DNA from: Spirochaetia bacterium
GTDB taxonomy: Bacteria > Spirochaetota > Spirochaetia > UBA9216
Assembly: GCA_963675665.1 (NCBI GenBank)
Contig: OY776510.1
Span: 2,048,001 to 2,112,000, forward strand
DNA: 64,000 nt
Reading direction: 5' to 3'
Below are positions 1 to 9,375 of the stretch, in pieces. The notes beneath the pieces were generated by a model. The model saw only the letters and a program-made list of their open reading frames with translations. It was not told the DNA's origin and made no database searches. Position numbers and translations under genes: made by a program. Each line of letters begins with the position of its first letter. Position 1 is the stretch's first letter.

Positions 1-690
1 AAGAGATATTACCTTCTGCATTGTTTCCGGATCGCTTTTTTCAGAGTAAGCAGGATCGGTAAAATCCGGCGGACCGCCATGTTTTCGACCTTCTTCACGC
101 AGGGTTTCCCTGTGTCCGGAGAACTCAACCCAGGCCCTGCAACTGCAGGAATTTTCCGGTAGCACCCATTGGCAGTGATGCCCGAAGAAGGCATTGAGAT
201 TCTTTCTTGCGCGAAAAAGAAGCGATTTCACTGATGAAAGGGATAGTTCCAGCAGGGCTGCTGCCTCTTCGATTGAAAGGTCGAGCATATCGACGAGAAT
301 AAAAGCTGAACGCTGTGCCAGGGTGAGTCTGGAGGCCATTGCTATGAAGCATCCGTCCTGCAGTTCCCTTACGGACTCTTCAACCTCAACCTCATGATCC
401 GGCAACGGCGAAATATCCGCAAATTTATCTTCAAAACCGTCTTCAGGTTGCATAATTCTCCCGGCTTTTCGCTGTGAAAGAAGATAGTGGTTAAGGCAGA
501 TACTTCTGAGCCAGCCTGCAATTTTTTTCCTGTCTGCAAGCTGGCTGCGTTTCTCCCAGGCCGACAGAAGCGTCTGCTGGGCAAGGTCTTCAGCCTTGTG
601 GACATCGGCACAGAACCTGAACGCTGTTGTATAGGTGTAGTTTATATACGCTGTAAGTAATTCTCTAAAGCTGTCGTCGTCAATTCCCAT
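1..690 (-). CDS. ECF RNA polymerase sigma-70 factor with Cys-rich C-terminal extension (3' end runs off window)
   Basis: Not in ORF track. Manual translation from ATG at 690: MGIDDDSFRELLTAYINYTYTTAFRFCADVHKAEDLAQQTLLSAW...GWLRSICLN (region 2), QRSAFILVDMLDLSIEEAAALLELSLSSVKSLLFRARKNL (region 4), then HHCQWVLPENSCSC. Frame is open to base 1. Confidence 0.9.
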   Translation of the reverse strand, partial: MGIDDDSFRELLTAYINYTYTTAFRFCADVHKAEDLAQQTLLSAWEKRSQLADRKKIAGWLRSICLNHYLLSQRKAGRIMQPEDGFEDKFADISPLPDHEVEVEESVRELQDGCFIAMASRLTLAQRSAFILVDMLDLSIEEAAALLELSLSSVKSLLFRARKNLNAFFGHHCQWVLPENSCSCRAWVEFSGHRETLREEGRKHGGPPDFTDPAYSEKSDPETMQKVISL

Positions 691-705
691 AATATTTTCC
701 TGTAT

Positions 706-2022
706 TTAATCGAAAAGATTCAGCTGCCGGTTATCATCATGTTTGTTGAAAGACGGCTTTGTTCGGGATTTCTTTTTTTCGGGAGATGCGAGTGGTTTTC
801 TTGAAGAATGTTCAGCATAGGAATCTCCGGGAACGGCTCTTCTCATGACTGTCCGGCCTCCCCACAGATGAGAGTTTTCCCATTCCCGGGAGATTAGCTT
901 GTCAACATCCGCCTGGGGTGAAGCTGTTTTTTCAAGCCAGCGGGTAAAACGGTCGAGTTTTTTCATTCCGTTGATTTTCTCCGTGTTGCCGGTTTTTGCA
1001 GTTTCAAGTGCACGCTTAACAACCGAGATGCTTTTATCATATACCTTCAGGGGGACCGGAGCAGGGTGTCCGTCTTTTCCCCCATGGGCAAATGAAAAAC
1101 GGGCGGGATCCGTAAAGCGGCTCGGCCCTCCGTAAATTACTTCGCTTACCAGCGCAAGGGACTGTACCGTACGCGGGCCTACACCCGGCATCAGAAGGGC
1201 TTCGCTGAAATTACTGAATTTCTCATCCCAGGCTGCGGCAAGGACCGCCCCGAGGCGTTTTGAAATCACGTCCTGTGGTTTTACTTCGTGATGAGAAGGG
1301 AGTATCAACCGGGGAGTCCTCATGAGCAAATCAACCTCGTGCTGTTGTCTGTCCGGATGTTCATTCATGAATTCAAGGATGCCTTCCCGGTTTCGGGCGG
1401 CCCGGCTGTCGCTGAGATTTATAAGATCTCCATCCTGAAACGGACCTACTACCGCAGTATGCGGATCGTCAAGGAATGATCGAAGGCCTTCAGATCGCCA
1501 GTGATAGCGCCTGGCCGTGCCTGTCTGCCGGTTCATTCCCTGCTGGATTACTGACCAGTTACCGTTTTCCGTTATCACAAAATTATGCAGATATATCTGA
1601 AAGCCGTCCTGAAGACAGGAGTTATCTATTTTTGCCGTAAGACGGCTTGCCCGGGTAAGATCGTCGCCGGAAAGACCTGTCTTCATTGAATATTCTATTA
1701 GTTCCCGGGGTGTCTGTCTGGAATATTTACCTCTCCCTCCGAAAACTGCGATCCCGAAATCTTTGCTTCTTGGATTTATTCCCCGTTGAATAGCTCTCAT
1801 GACCGAAGTCGTTATTCCTGATGAGTGCCAATCCATTCCAAGTACTGCTCCGAAAGCCTGAAACCAGTAAGGATCGGAAAGCCTTCGCAAGACTTCATCG
1901 GTTCCGCTGTCCATAATTACAGCCTCTATCATCGCTGTTCCGAGTTTCATCATCCTGTCGGCCAGCCATGAAGGAACTGTTCCGTAATGAAGAGGCAAAT
2001 CTGCGCTTCCGCTGCGTTTCAT
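706..2022 (-). CDS. DUF763 family protein
   Basis: N-terminus MKRSGSADLPLHYG, GMDWHSSGITT, QDGFQIYLH, WSVIQQGMN and FSFAHGGKDGHP are characteristic of DUF763. Confidence 0.85.
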   Translation of the reverse strand: MKRSGSADLPLHYGTVPSWLADRMMKLGTAMIEAVIMDSGTDEVLRRLSDPYWFQAFGAVLGMDWHSSGITTSVMRAIQRGINPRSKDFGIAVFGGRGKYSRQTPRELIEYSMKTGLSGDDLTRASRLTAKIDNSCLQDGFQIYLHNFVITENGNWSVIQQGMNRQTGTARRYHWRSEGLRSFLDDPHTAVVGPFQDGDLINLSDSRAARNREGILEFMNEHPDRQQHEVDLLMRTPRLILPSHHEVKPQDVISKRLGAVLAAAWDEKFSNFSEALLMPGVGPRTVQSLALVSEVIYGGPSRFTDPARFSFAHGGKDGHPAPVPLKVYDKSISVVKRALETAKTGNTEKINGMKKLDRFTRWLEKTASPQADVDKLISREWENSHLWGGRTVMRRAVPGDSYAEHSSRKPLASPEKKKSRTKPSFNKHDDNRQLNLFD

Positions 2023-2085
2023 CAGAGAATTATAATATTCTTTTATGAAAATTAACAGGCTGCAGTTTTCAAAAGTCCCCGTATC

Positions 2086-3903
2086 TTACTGATTTACAAA
2101 ATAGGCTGCGCCGACAGCCTGGGCAAACTGCGCAACAGTAAAATGCGGATCGACTTCGAGCTGTCTCATCAGCACTGTATTTGCAATTGTGGAATCCGCA
2201 ACCTCAAATCTAATATCCTTTTTAATTGCTGCAGCTCCTTCGCACATCAGTTTAAAGCATTTCTTCCTCTTTACAAGCCTGCCGAAGAGAACCCTCGAAT
2301 CGGCGAGCGGGTTGAGGATTTTCTTTGTTTCAAGCCATGTCACGGCAAGAAATTCACCAATCTCTCTCCATATTCGGGCGTTTACCGTATCATTTTCCCT
2401 TTCGGGCAGTTTCATCATATGTTCAAGAAAGGGTTTTCTCATGTCCTTTGGCTCGGTCGGAACATAGAAGCCCCGTTTACCGTCTGTTGTTTTTTCTGCA
2501 ACAAAACCGAGCTCTTTCAGTTCTTCGAGAAGTTCAGGCGCTTCGGTCGGAAAATATTTCATTGCAAGCCTGAAAACCCCGCTCTGGCTTGTGTATTTCT
2601 GTAAGGTGCCGGGCAGCCAGGTATTGAAATTGTTTATGCTTCTAAGATCGTCAGGTTCGAATTCCCTTTCGGTATAGCTGCCGAGATCGATGATATAGTT
2701 ATATACTTCAAGCGGAATGTCCGGAATCTTTCCGTTCTCTGTTACCCAGCCGGTTCCAAGTTCAGTCCCGAGTGTATGCGCAAACACACCGTTTTTTATC
2801 ATTTCCGGCTTGTCTGAAGCGGCAATCTCCACTGCAGCGGTAAAAGACGCCATCGGCCCGTCATTTATTATCAGAACCTTCCCGTCTTTTTTGATCAATT
2901 CATGAATTCTGTCGTTAAGGTTCGTAAGCTGCAGGAAATCAGTTTCATAATCAATCTCCGGGTTGTTTCTTATCCCGCGGGTTTTGTAAACCTCTCCGCC
3001 TACAACTTTGTTGCGAACAACAACATCCGGAAAGCACATTCCGACGCCGTCTATTTCTACCATACTGTACTGAAGCAGTTTTTCCACTTCTGAGCAGGTC
3101 TCAGTCATTAGTTTTTCTGTGGCAGTTATATCAAGAGCCTTCAGCATTTTTTCTTCAAGTTTGAATTTTTCAGCAGAATCAGGTGCTGCATCCAGCGACG
3201 CTTTCGCTCTCATAAGCCTGACTATAAGACAGATTGGCTCAACAAGCTGAACGGACGTTGTGAATTTGGCCGGAAACCAGTCATATTCCTTATAGCAGTT
3301 AATTTCTCCGTTTTCAACAAGCACGATTTTTATATCCGTTCCGCCGACGTCTATGCCGCAGAAAAGCTTTCCGTCCATGTTTTCGGTTGCCTTTTTATAA
3401 ATATCAAGATCAGAAGCCTGTTCGGCAGCTTTGGCTTCAGGAACCGGGACTTTGTCGGTAACGTGAACATGAAACCTGAACCCCCCGCTTTCAGGGCTTA
3501 GCGTATCAAGCATCCGGTCGATTACATTTACACATCTTCCGTAACCTTTGCGTTCGGACCGCGATTTGTCTATACCGAATACGGTATTAAGTCCCTTTGC
3601 CGATTCCGCCAGTTCACCGGAATTTTCATTGATATAAATATCCATTTTTTTGCCGCCCAGGCTTGAAAGAATGTTGTAGATCTCCGCCCAGAGGTATTCA
3701 TTAATAAATTTTATTTCATCCTGATCTTTTCCGGGTAACGGTATTCTGATCGGGAAGTATCGCTGCGCTTCGTTTTCAAGGAGGGTCAGAATACAATGAA
3801 GAGTTCGACTCTCGTTATCCGGCAGGCTTTGGAAATAATCATAAACGCTGTTTATATATACCGGTTGGCCGGATTTTGCTTTTGATAATAATTCTGATAT
3901 CAT
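2086..3903 (-). CDS. ROK/ASKHA-fold protein with ~180-aa N-terminal domain, function unknown
   Basis: GIDVGGTDIK phosphate-1 motif, INDG, TLGTELGTG. Lacks the CxCGxxGC zinc motif. Starts 1 nt after the activase stop. Confidence 0.6.
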   Translation of the reverse strand: MISELLSKAKSGQPVYINSVYDYFQSLPDNESRTLHCILTLLENEAQRYFPIRIPLPGKDQDEIKFINEYLWAEIYNILSSLGGKKMDIYINENSGELAESAKGLNTVFGIDKSRSERKGYGRCVNVIDRMLDTLSPESGGFRFHVHVTDKVPVPEAKAAEQASDLDIYKKATENMDGKLFCGIDVGGTDIKIVLVENGEINCYKEYDWFPAKFTTSVQLVEPICLIVRLMRAKASLDAAPDSAEKFKLEEKMLKALDITATEKLMTETCSEVEKLLQYSMVEIDGVGMCFPDVVVRNKVVGGEVYKTRGIRNNPEIDYETDFLQLTNLNDRIHELIKKDGKVLIINDGPMASFTAAVEIAASDKPEMIKNGVFAHTLGTELGTGWVTENGKIPDIPLEVYNYIIDLGSYTEREFEPDDLRSINNFNTWLPGTLQKYTSQSGVFRLAMKYFPTEAPELLEELKELGFVAEKTTDGKRGFYVPTEPKDMRKPFLEHMMKLPERENDTVNARIWREIGEFLAVTWLETKKILNPLADSRVLFGRLVKRKKCFKLMCEGAAAIKKDIRFEVADSTIANTVLMRQLEVDPHFTVAQFAQAVGAAYFVNQ

Positions 3904-3904
3904 T

Positions 3905-4867
3905 TTAATATTCTCCTTTCGTTGTTTCTATTGCTGTTTCTATCATTGAGACGTTTGTTTCTCTTTTTGTTTTAATCCCCTGTTCCGATAAAATTGCGTA
4001 AAACCCGTCAAGTTCGTCCTCTGTGTAGGGTTTCATTACTGTCAGATACTCATGTTCTTTTCCCATAAGTCTGTACTTGTTTTCCGCCAGCGGGTTAAAA
4101 TTTATTAATTCAATCTCTGTTTCAGGCGAAAGGTTGTAAACAAATGATCCGATAGCTTTCAGGTTATCAGCGGTTGTTGTTATCTCAGGGATAAGCGGAA
4201 TTCTGACCAGCATGTTCTGTTTGGTTTCTATCAGTTTTTTAAAATTTGAATGAATCAGTTGGTTTCCGGTTCCCGTATATTCCCTGTGCTTTTCGTCGTT
4301 AAAAATTTTCAGATCGACGATGAAAAGATCCACCAGTCCAAAAAATGATTCAAATATTTCTTCTTTTGCGTACATTGAGGTTTCTATGGCAGTTTGAACG
4401 CCGGCGTCTTTACATTTTTTCAGAACAGCTTTACTGAATTCATGCTGCAGCATCGGGTCGCCGCCGGACAGGGTAATGCCTCCGCCGGATTTCTCATAGA
4501 AAAGCCTGTCCTGAAGCAGTTCTTTGACTGCTTCGTCTACGTCGATCTCCCAGCCGTCAAATGAAAGAGCATTTGTCGGGCAGATTTCTGTGCAGATGCC
4601 GCAATTATTGCATTTCTGATAATCAATAATAATTGAAGATTCACCCGGTTTCCCACGCGAAAGGGCGTTTTCCGGGCATGCTTCAATACAGCTTCCGCAG
4701 CCTATGCACTTGCTGTTGAAAAACCACAGGTTCATGCTGCTGCTTATTCCTTCGGGATTGTGGCACCATATGCAGTTTAACGGGCAGCCTTTCAGAAAAA
4801 GTGTTGTGCGGATGCCCGGGCCGTCATGGATTGCGAATTTTTTTATATCGAAGATTCTCCCTTTCAC
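3905..4867 (-). CDS. Glycyl-radical enzyme activating enzyme (radical SAM, ferredoxin insert)
   Basis: HDGPGIRT..FLKGCPLNCIWCHNPE, two CxxCxxCxxxCP clusters, GGGITLSGG. Overlaps the GRE stop (GTGA). Confidence 0.95.
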   Translation of the reverse strand: MKGRIFDIKKFAIHDGPGIRTTLFLKGCPLNCIWCHNPEGISSSMNLWFFNSKCIGCGSCIEACPENALSRGKPGESSIIIDYQKCNNCGICTEICPTNALSFDGWEIDVDEAVKELLQDRLFYEKSGGGITLSGGDPMLQHEFSKAVLKKCKDAGVQTAIETSMYAKEEIFESFFGLVDLFIVDLKIFNDEKHREYTGTGNQLIHSNFKKLIETKQNMLVRIPLIPEITTTADNLKAIGSFVYNLSPETEIELINFNPLAENKYRLMGKEHEYLTVMKPYTEDELDGFYAILSEQGIKTKRETNVSMIETAIETTKGEY

Positions 4868-7242
4868 ATTCCGCTCCCGTAGCTTGTTCTTGCTATAATT
4901 TCTTCCTGCAAATCGGTTGCCAGTTCGGTGAAATATGCTGTATAACCGGCAACTCTTACGGTAAGGCCCGCGTGTTTTTCAGGTTCCCGTCTGGCTTCTA
5001 TAAGATCCTCTTTTTTCAGGACATTGAACTGGATATGGTTAATTTTAAGATCTACAAATGTTCTGAGAAATGCGGAGAATTTTTTTATACCTTCAGTGGT
5101 ATTAAAGAAATCCGAGGTGAATTTCATATTTAAAAGGGTCCCGTTGCTGCCTATTTTTGAGTTAATCCTTGAAACTGATTTTAAAAGAGCAGTAGGCCCG
5201 GATGTGTCGCGTCCGTACATTGCCGACATTCCGCCGTCTGCAAGAGGGTCCTGTGCCTTGCGTCCGTCCGCCGACGCTCCTACATTGTGGCCCATGGGTA
5301 TATGCGCTGAAACAGTGTATAAGCCGGTATGATAGGGGCCGCCCCTCATGTTTGTGTATTCTTTCAGCTGGTTTGCAAAAAACTCAATCCACTGATTTCC
5401 AAGATTGTCTACCCATTCTACATCATTGCCGTATTTGGGAATTCTGTTGAGAACAAGCTGCCGTAAAGGCTCCATTCCCCTCCAGTTTGATTTCAGGGCG
5501 GTCAGAAGCGCATCGGCGGAGATTGTTTTATCTTCAAAAACCATTTTCTTTATTACCGCCAGGCTGTCGGCAAGATTTGCCACCTGAATAGCCTGTATTC
5601 CGGAATAATTATAGTATGCTCCGCCGGCGGTTACATCTATGCCTTTTTCAAGGCAGTTGTCTATTACGCCCGACAGGAATGCCGACGGCAGAACCTCCGC
5701 GTGAGTGGTTTCGACCACCTCGCAGCATTTTATCATTCTGTCAATATAGTGTTTCAGCTGCTTTGCAAAAGCTTCTTCAAGTTCGCTGTATGTTGCGTAA
5801 TCTTCCAGAGTCCCGGTTTTCAGTCCCATCTGTTTCCCGGTAAGAAGACAGACGCCGTCAGTCAGCGTAAGCTCAAGTGCTTTCTGAAGATTGAACATAG
5901 CAGCGTCGCTCCATCCCAGATTGTTTCCGTGGGTAGTCAGTTCGACGCATCCTACTATAGCATAGTTTCTTGCGTCCGGTTCGCTGATTCCGACATTTCT
6001 TAATGCGGGAACTACGCCTTCATCGTTGAAAATTTGCGGCATGCCGCTTCCCAGGCCGATAACGCGGCTGCATTCGTTCACAAATTCGTCGCTTGAACCG
6101 CTGTAAAGACGCGCGGACAGGTTCGGCTGGGGCATAAGGATGTGGCTCTGGGCTTTAAGAAAAAGGTATGACAATTCATTTGTGGCGTCCCGGCCGTCCG
6201 CAGTCTGTCCGCCGCAGGCAATGTTGAAGCCGATTGGAAAGCCCGCAAAGTATTTTGCACTGTGTGAATTCCGCAGATATACAACCTGGTTGAATTTCAG
6301 CCACAGCGCTTCAATAAGTTCCAGCGCATCCTGTTCATTTAATCGTCCGGCTTCAATATCGCGTTTATAATATGGATAAAGGTATTGATCCGCTCTTCCG
6401 GGTGAAAACGAGGATGCATTGGATTCCATTTGAAGTATCACATATAGAAACCACAGCGACTGAAGGGCTTCATGAAAACTTTCCGCCGGTTTTTCAGTAA
6501 GCTTCAGACAGATTCGGCTGACTTCCATAAGGCTGGCGCTGTTTTCCGAGTTTTCCGGCGCTTCGGCCATCTGTGCGGCTAAATCCGCATATCGTTTTAT
6601 GAAATTTATTGAAGCATCCTCTGCAATGATCACACATTCGTAAAAAAGTTTGCGGCTGTCGGAGGTTTCGGCAAGCTTTTTTTCTGCTTCCGCTTTCAGC
6701 CCGAACGGACCGGTTTTCAGCCATTTCTCGGTATCCGGACAGATGTGCCCCTGGGCATGATCTTTTTGGTTAATTTTGGCTACCTTTACAATATCGTTGA
6801 TTTCATCGCCCCGCTTTTCCCTGATTACATCTTCCAGACATTTTCCTTTCCAGAAGGGGTAGATTTCATTTCTGAAAGCGCTGATGTCCTCTTTTCTGAC
6901 GTTAAATCTGTCCTGGGGCCGTGTAGGAAGAGTTTCTATCTCTTCGTTTACCCATGAACTGCCTGCTTCGGGGAAAACGACCCCTCCGCGTACTCCCGGA
7001 GTCCTGTTTCCTACAATCAGTTCAGGCGGATCAATTCTGATGGTCATTTGATTGAGAGAGGCAGCCAGACTTTTAGCTCTCTGAAGAGCTTTGGGATCCT
7101 TGCTGTTTGCCCTGTAGCAGTCAGTAATAATCCTCGCCTGTTCCAGCGACATATATCTGGGCTCGTTGAGCATGTTCTTTTTCAGTTTCCGGATTTTTGC
7201 GCTGCAGAAAAGATTGTCGTACCTGTTCTTTAAATTCTCCAT
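4864..7242 (-). CDS. Glycyl radical enzyme, PflD-like clade (not PFL)
   Basis: Gly loop VRVAGY, single-Cys loop VGCVE; PTRPQDRF, QMESNASS, SAKYFAGFP and PQPNL resemble E. coli PflD. Start placed at the ATG downstream of an AGGGG RBS. Confidence 0.93.
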   Translation of the reverse strand: MENLKNRYDNLFCSAKIRKLKKNMLNEPRYMSLEQARIITDCYRANSKDPKALQRAKSLAASLNQMTIRIDPPELIVGNRTPGVRGGVVFPEAGSSWVNEEIETLPTRPQDRFNVRKEDISAFRNEIYPFWKGKCLEDVIREKRGDEINDIVKVAKINQKDHAQGHICPDTEKWLKTGPFGLKAEAEKKLAETSDSRKLFYECVIIAEDASINFIKRYADLAAQMAEAPENSENSASLMEVSRICLKLTEKPAESFHEALQSLWFLYVILQMESNASSFSPGRADQYLYPYYKRDIEAGRLNEQDALELIEALWLKFNQVVYLRNSHSAKYFAGFPIGFNIACGGQTADGRDATNELSYLFLKAQSHILMPQPNLSARLYSGSSDEFVNECSRVIGLGSGMPQIFNDEGVVPALRNVGISEPDARNYAIVGCVELTTHGNNLGWSDAAMFNLQKALELTLTDGVCLLTGKQMGLKTGTLEDYATYSELEEAFAKQLKHYIDRMIKCCEVVETTHAEVLPSAFLSGVIDNCLEKGIDVTAGGAYYNYSGIQAIQVANLADSLAVIKKMVFEDKTISADALLTALKSNWRGMEPLRQLVLNRIPKYGNDVEWVDNLGNQWIEFFANQLKEYTNMRGGPYHTGLYTVSAHIPMGHNVGASADGRKAQDPLADGGMSAMYGRDTSGPTALLKSVSRINSKIGSNGTLLNMKFTSDFFNTTEGIKKFSAFLRTFVDLKINHIQFNVLKKEDLIEARREPEKHAGLTVRVAGYTAYFTELATDLQEEIIARTSYGSGM

Positions 7243-7309
7243 TGTAAACACCCCTGTCATCGTTTTATCGGTTGAAAGTATATTATTATGTCTGTTCGAG
7301 AGTGTATAA

Positions 7310-7346
7310 TATCACATATGACAAAAAAAAGCTATCATATGAAAGT
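7310..7346. promoter_or_regulatory. Operator copy 1 (two CATAYGA half-sites), putative DeoR site
   Basis: tatcacatatgacaaaaaaaagctatcatatgaaagt; a same-length imperfect copy lies at 7657-7693. Confidence 0.6.
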
Positions 7347-7455
7347 AATAAAAATGAGATCTATCAAAGTCGTATATAATCCTGAAGATGGGTATGTGAA
7401 TTATCAGCCCGGGAGTCACCGGAATATACTTTCTGACAATAAATCGCTTTTTGCC

Positions 7456-7483
7456 TTGACATATCGCCGGTATATGATATCAT
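7456..7483 (+). promoter_or_regulatory. Sigma-70-type promoter
   Basis: TTGACA-N16-TATCAT with extended TG. Confidence 0.5.
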
Positions 7484-7628
7484 TTCTATGTGTGCGGTCA
7501 CATTCTATGTCCGGCAGAGTAAGCAGGATGAATTTATTTGTAGAAGAATATGTGCGCGGTCACAACACGATCTTGTATATAATGCGAACGGGTTACCGAA
7601 TGGAGCACGGAAGAAAGTAAAATTAAAT

Positions 7629-7693
7629 TTGACAATAGCTATATGATGGTGTATTGTATCACATACGATAGTTTTTTACTATCATACGAAAGT
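7629..7693 (+). promoter_or_regulatory. Sigma-70 promoter of the transporter operon with overlapping operator copy 2
   Basis: TTGACA(7629)-N17-TATTGT(7652) running directly into tatcacatacgatagttttttactatcatacgaaagt. Confidence 0.65.
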
Positions 7694-7709
7694 CTTTTCG
7701 GGGAAATAT

Positions 7710-8192
7710 ATGATAATGAGCAGTGTTTTGAAAATCAGAGAGAATGAGCATGCGGAACTGCAGTTTAATTCATTTTCAAATGCCAAAGCCTATGAAATAG
7801 GATTAAGGCTGGTAGAGGTGGCCGGGCTTAACGGGTATCAGGTGACAATAGATATCTGTAAGCATGGACAGCAGATTTTTCATTATGCATGTGAAGGAAC
7901 TTCACGTGATAACGATCAATGGATTATCAGGAAAAACAAGGTTGTTGATTATTTTGGAAAGAGTTCAATTTATATAAAAGAAATGGTAAAAGAATCCGGG
8001 GTAACACTTGAAGAGCTCTTTTTTATAGACGGTATGAAATTTTCAGCATTCGGCGGAGCTTTTCCAATAATCATCAGGGATACCGGTGCTATCGGAACCG
8101 TTACTGTCAGCGGCCTGCCGGATGAGCAGGATCATGAACTTGTAGTGTCTGTCCTCAGGGAATTTGTTCTGCTGGAGACAGAAGAAAAATAG
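7710..8192 (+). CDS. UPF0303 / GlcG-HbpS-like heme-binding domain protein
   Basis: GTSRDNDQWIIRK and FGGAFPI...GTVTVSGLPDEQDHELV motifs. Confidence 0.85.
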   Translation: MIMSSVLKIRENEHAELQFNSFSNAKAYEIGLRLVEVAGLNGYQVTIDICKHGQQIFHYACEGTSRDNDQWIIRKNKVVDYFGKSSIYIKEMVKESGVTLEELFFIDGMKFSAFGGAFPIIIRDTGAIGTVTVSGLPDEQDHELVVSVLREFVLLETEEK

Positions 8193-8300
8193 ATTTTAAA
8201 ATCAAGGAGGTTGAATTATACTGTATTTAAAAGGGCTAAGTAAGTTGAGGTTTTTCAATATTAAAATTTTAAAATTGACAGTTTTGTAATGGAGGAAACA

Positions 8301-9260
8301 ATGAAAAAAAGACTGATTGCACTCGTATGTGTAATGTTATTGATCGGAACCATGGCTTTCGCCGGTGGTCAGCAGGAAGCCGCGGCCGGAGGAATGGCCA
8401 AGGTTGCATTTATTCCGGGAGAAATAGCTAACCCGTCACAGGCCTTTGCCGCAAAGATGTTTGAAAAGCATGCCGCTGAATACAATTTTGATGTAACAAT
8501 TCTTGACGGTAAGGGTGATGCGCAGGTCGAGACACAGTTAATAAATAATGCAGTAGCCCAGAAATTTGCTGCAATCTTTGTTAACCCGAACGATATCAAT
8601 GCCGTAATACCGGCCCTGATGAAAGCCAAGAAAGCCGGCGTTATTGTTGGAATGTTCTCTTCAGACGTTCCCCCGGAGAGCAGGGCTGCTGCCCGTGACT
8701 TCTTCGTAGGTGTTAATGATTTGATGGCCGGAGAAGCTGCAGGTCAGGCTTTCCTGAACAAGTTCCCCAACGGCGCCAAGGTTGTTGAGATAGGCGGACA
8801 GTCCGGACACGATGCCCAGATAAAGAGGCACGACGGTTTTAACAAGCAAATTGCCGGTTCCAAAATTGACGTAATAGACTATAAAGCCTGTCAGCAGTGG
8901 GATACAAACCAGGCCATGATGATAATGGAAGACATGATCGTTAAACACGGTGATACAATTGAAGGTATCTTCTGTCACTGGGACGGCGGAGCCACAGGTA
9001 TCCTTAATGCACTGGAAGCTGCAGGAATGGAAGGCAAGTTTATCGTCGGTGTAGACGGAAACAGGGCCGGGTTCGACCAGGTACGCAGCGGAAAGCAGAG
9101 TGTTACAATTATGCAGAACTTTGAAAATATGGCAATGATTGAAATGCAGACTGCAAGAACAATCCTGGACGGCGGAAAACCTGCAAATGATACAAACTTT
9201 ATCCCGCTGGATATCGTAGATCTTTCTAATATTGATACTTTCACTCCTCCTGAGTGGTAG
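8301..9260 (+). CDS. Sugar ABC transporter substrate-binding protein (RbsB-like)
   Basis: Signal peptide ending FAGGQQE, periplasmic binding protein type 1 motifs (RHDGF, VGVDG), GGAGG RBS. Confidence 0.92.
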   Translation: MKKRLIALVCVMLLIGTMAFAGGQQEAAAGGMAKVAFIPGEIANPSQAFAAKMFEKHAAEYNFDVTILDGKGDAQVETQLINNAVAQKFAAIFVNPNDINAVIPALMKAKKAGVIVGMFSSDVPPESRAAARDFFVGVNDLMAGEAAGQAFLNKFPNGAKVVEIGGQSGHDAQIKRHDGFNKQIAGSKIDVIDYKACQQWDTNQAMMIMEDMIVKHGDTIEGIFCHWDGGATGILNALEAAGMEGKFIVGVDGNRAGFDQVRSGKQSVTIMQNFENMAMIEMQTARTILDGGKPANDTNFIPLDIVDLSNIDTFTPPEW

Positions 9261-9287
9261 AATTGATTTTTTAAATCGAAATTATAA

Positions 9288-9323
9288 AAGCTCGTTTATA
9301 CATAACCATGTTTAAACGAGCTT
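9288..9323 (+). other. Intercistronic hairpin after binding-protein gene
   Basis: aagctcgttta...taaacgagctt inverted repeat. Confidence 0.55.
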
Positions 9324-9375
9324 GTTGCACATTTATTTAAAAAACAGAAGTATACAAAGAAAGAGGTTATTGGAA

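Noticed and set aside
4864-7242. Pyruvate formate-lyase or glycerol dehydratase call for the GRE
   Set aside because: It has a single-Cys GCVE loop rather than the CC of PFL, its motifs track PflD, and the activase has a ferredoxin insert.
7288-7620. 110-aa ORF in the divergent intergenic region
   Set aside because: No RBS or recognisable domain; it overlaps promoters and operators.
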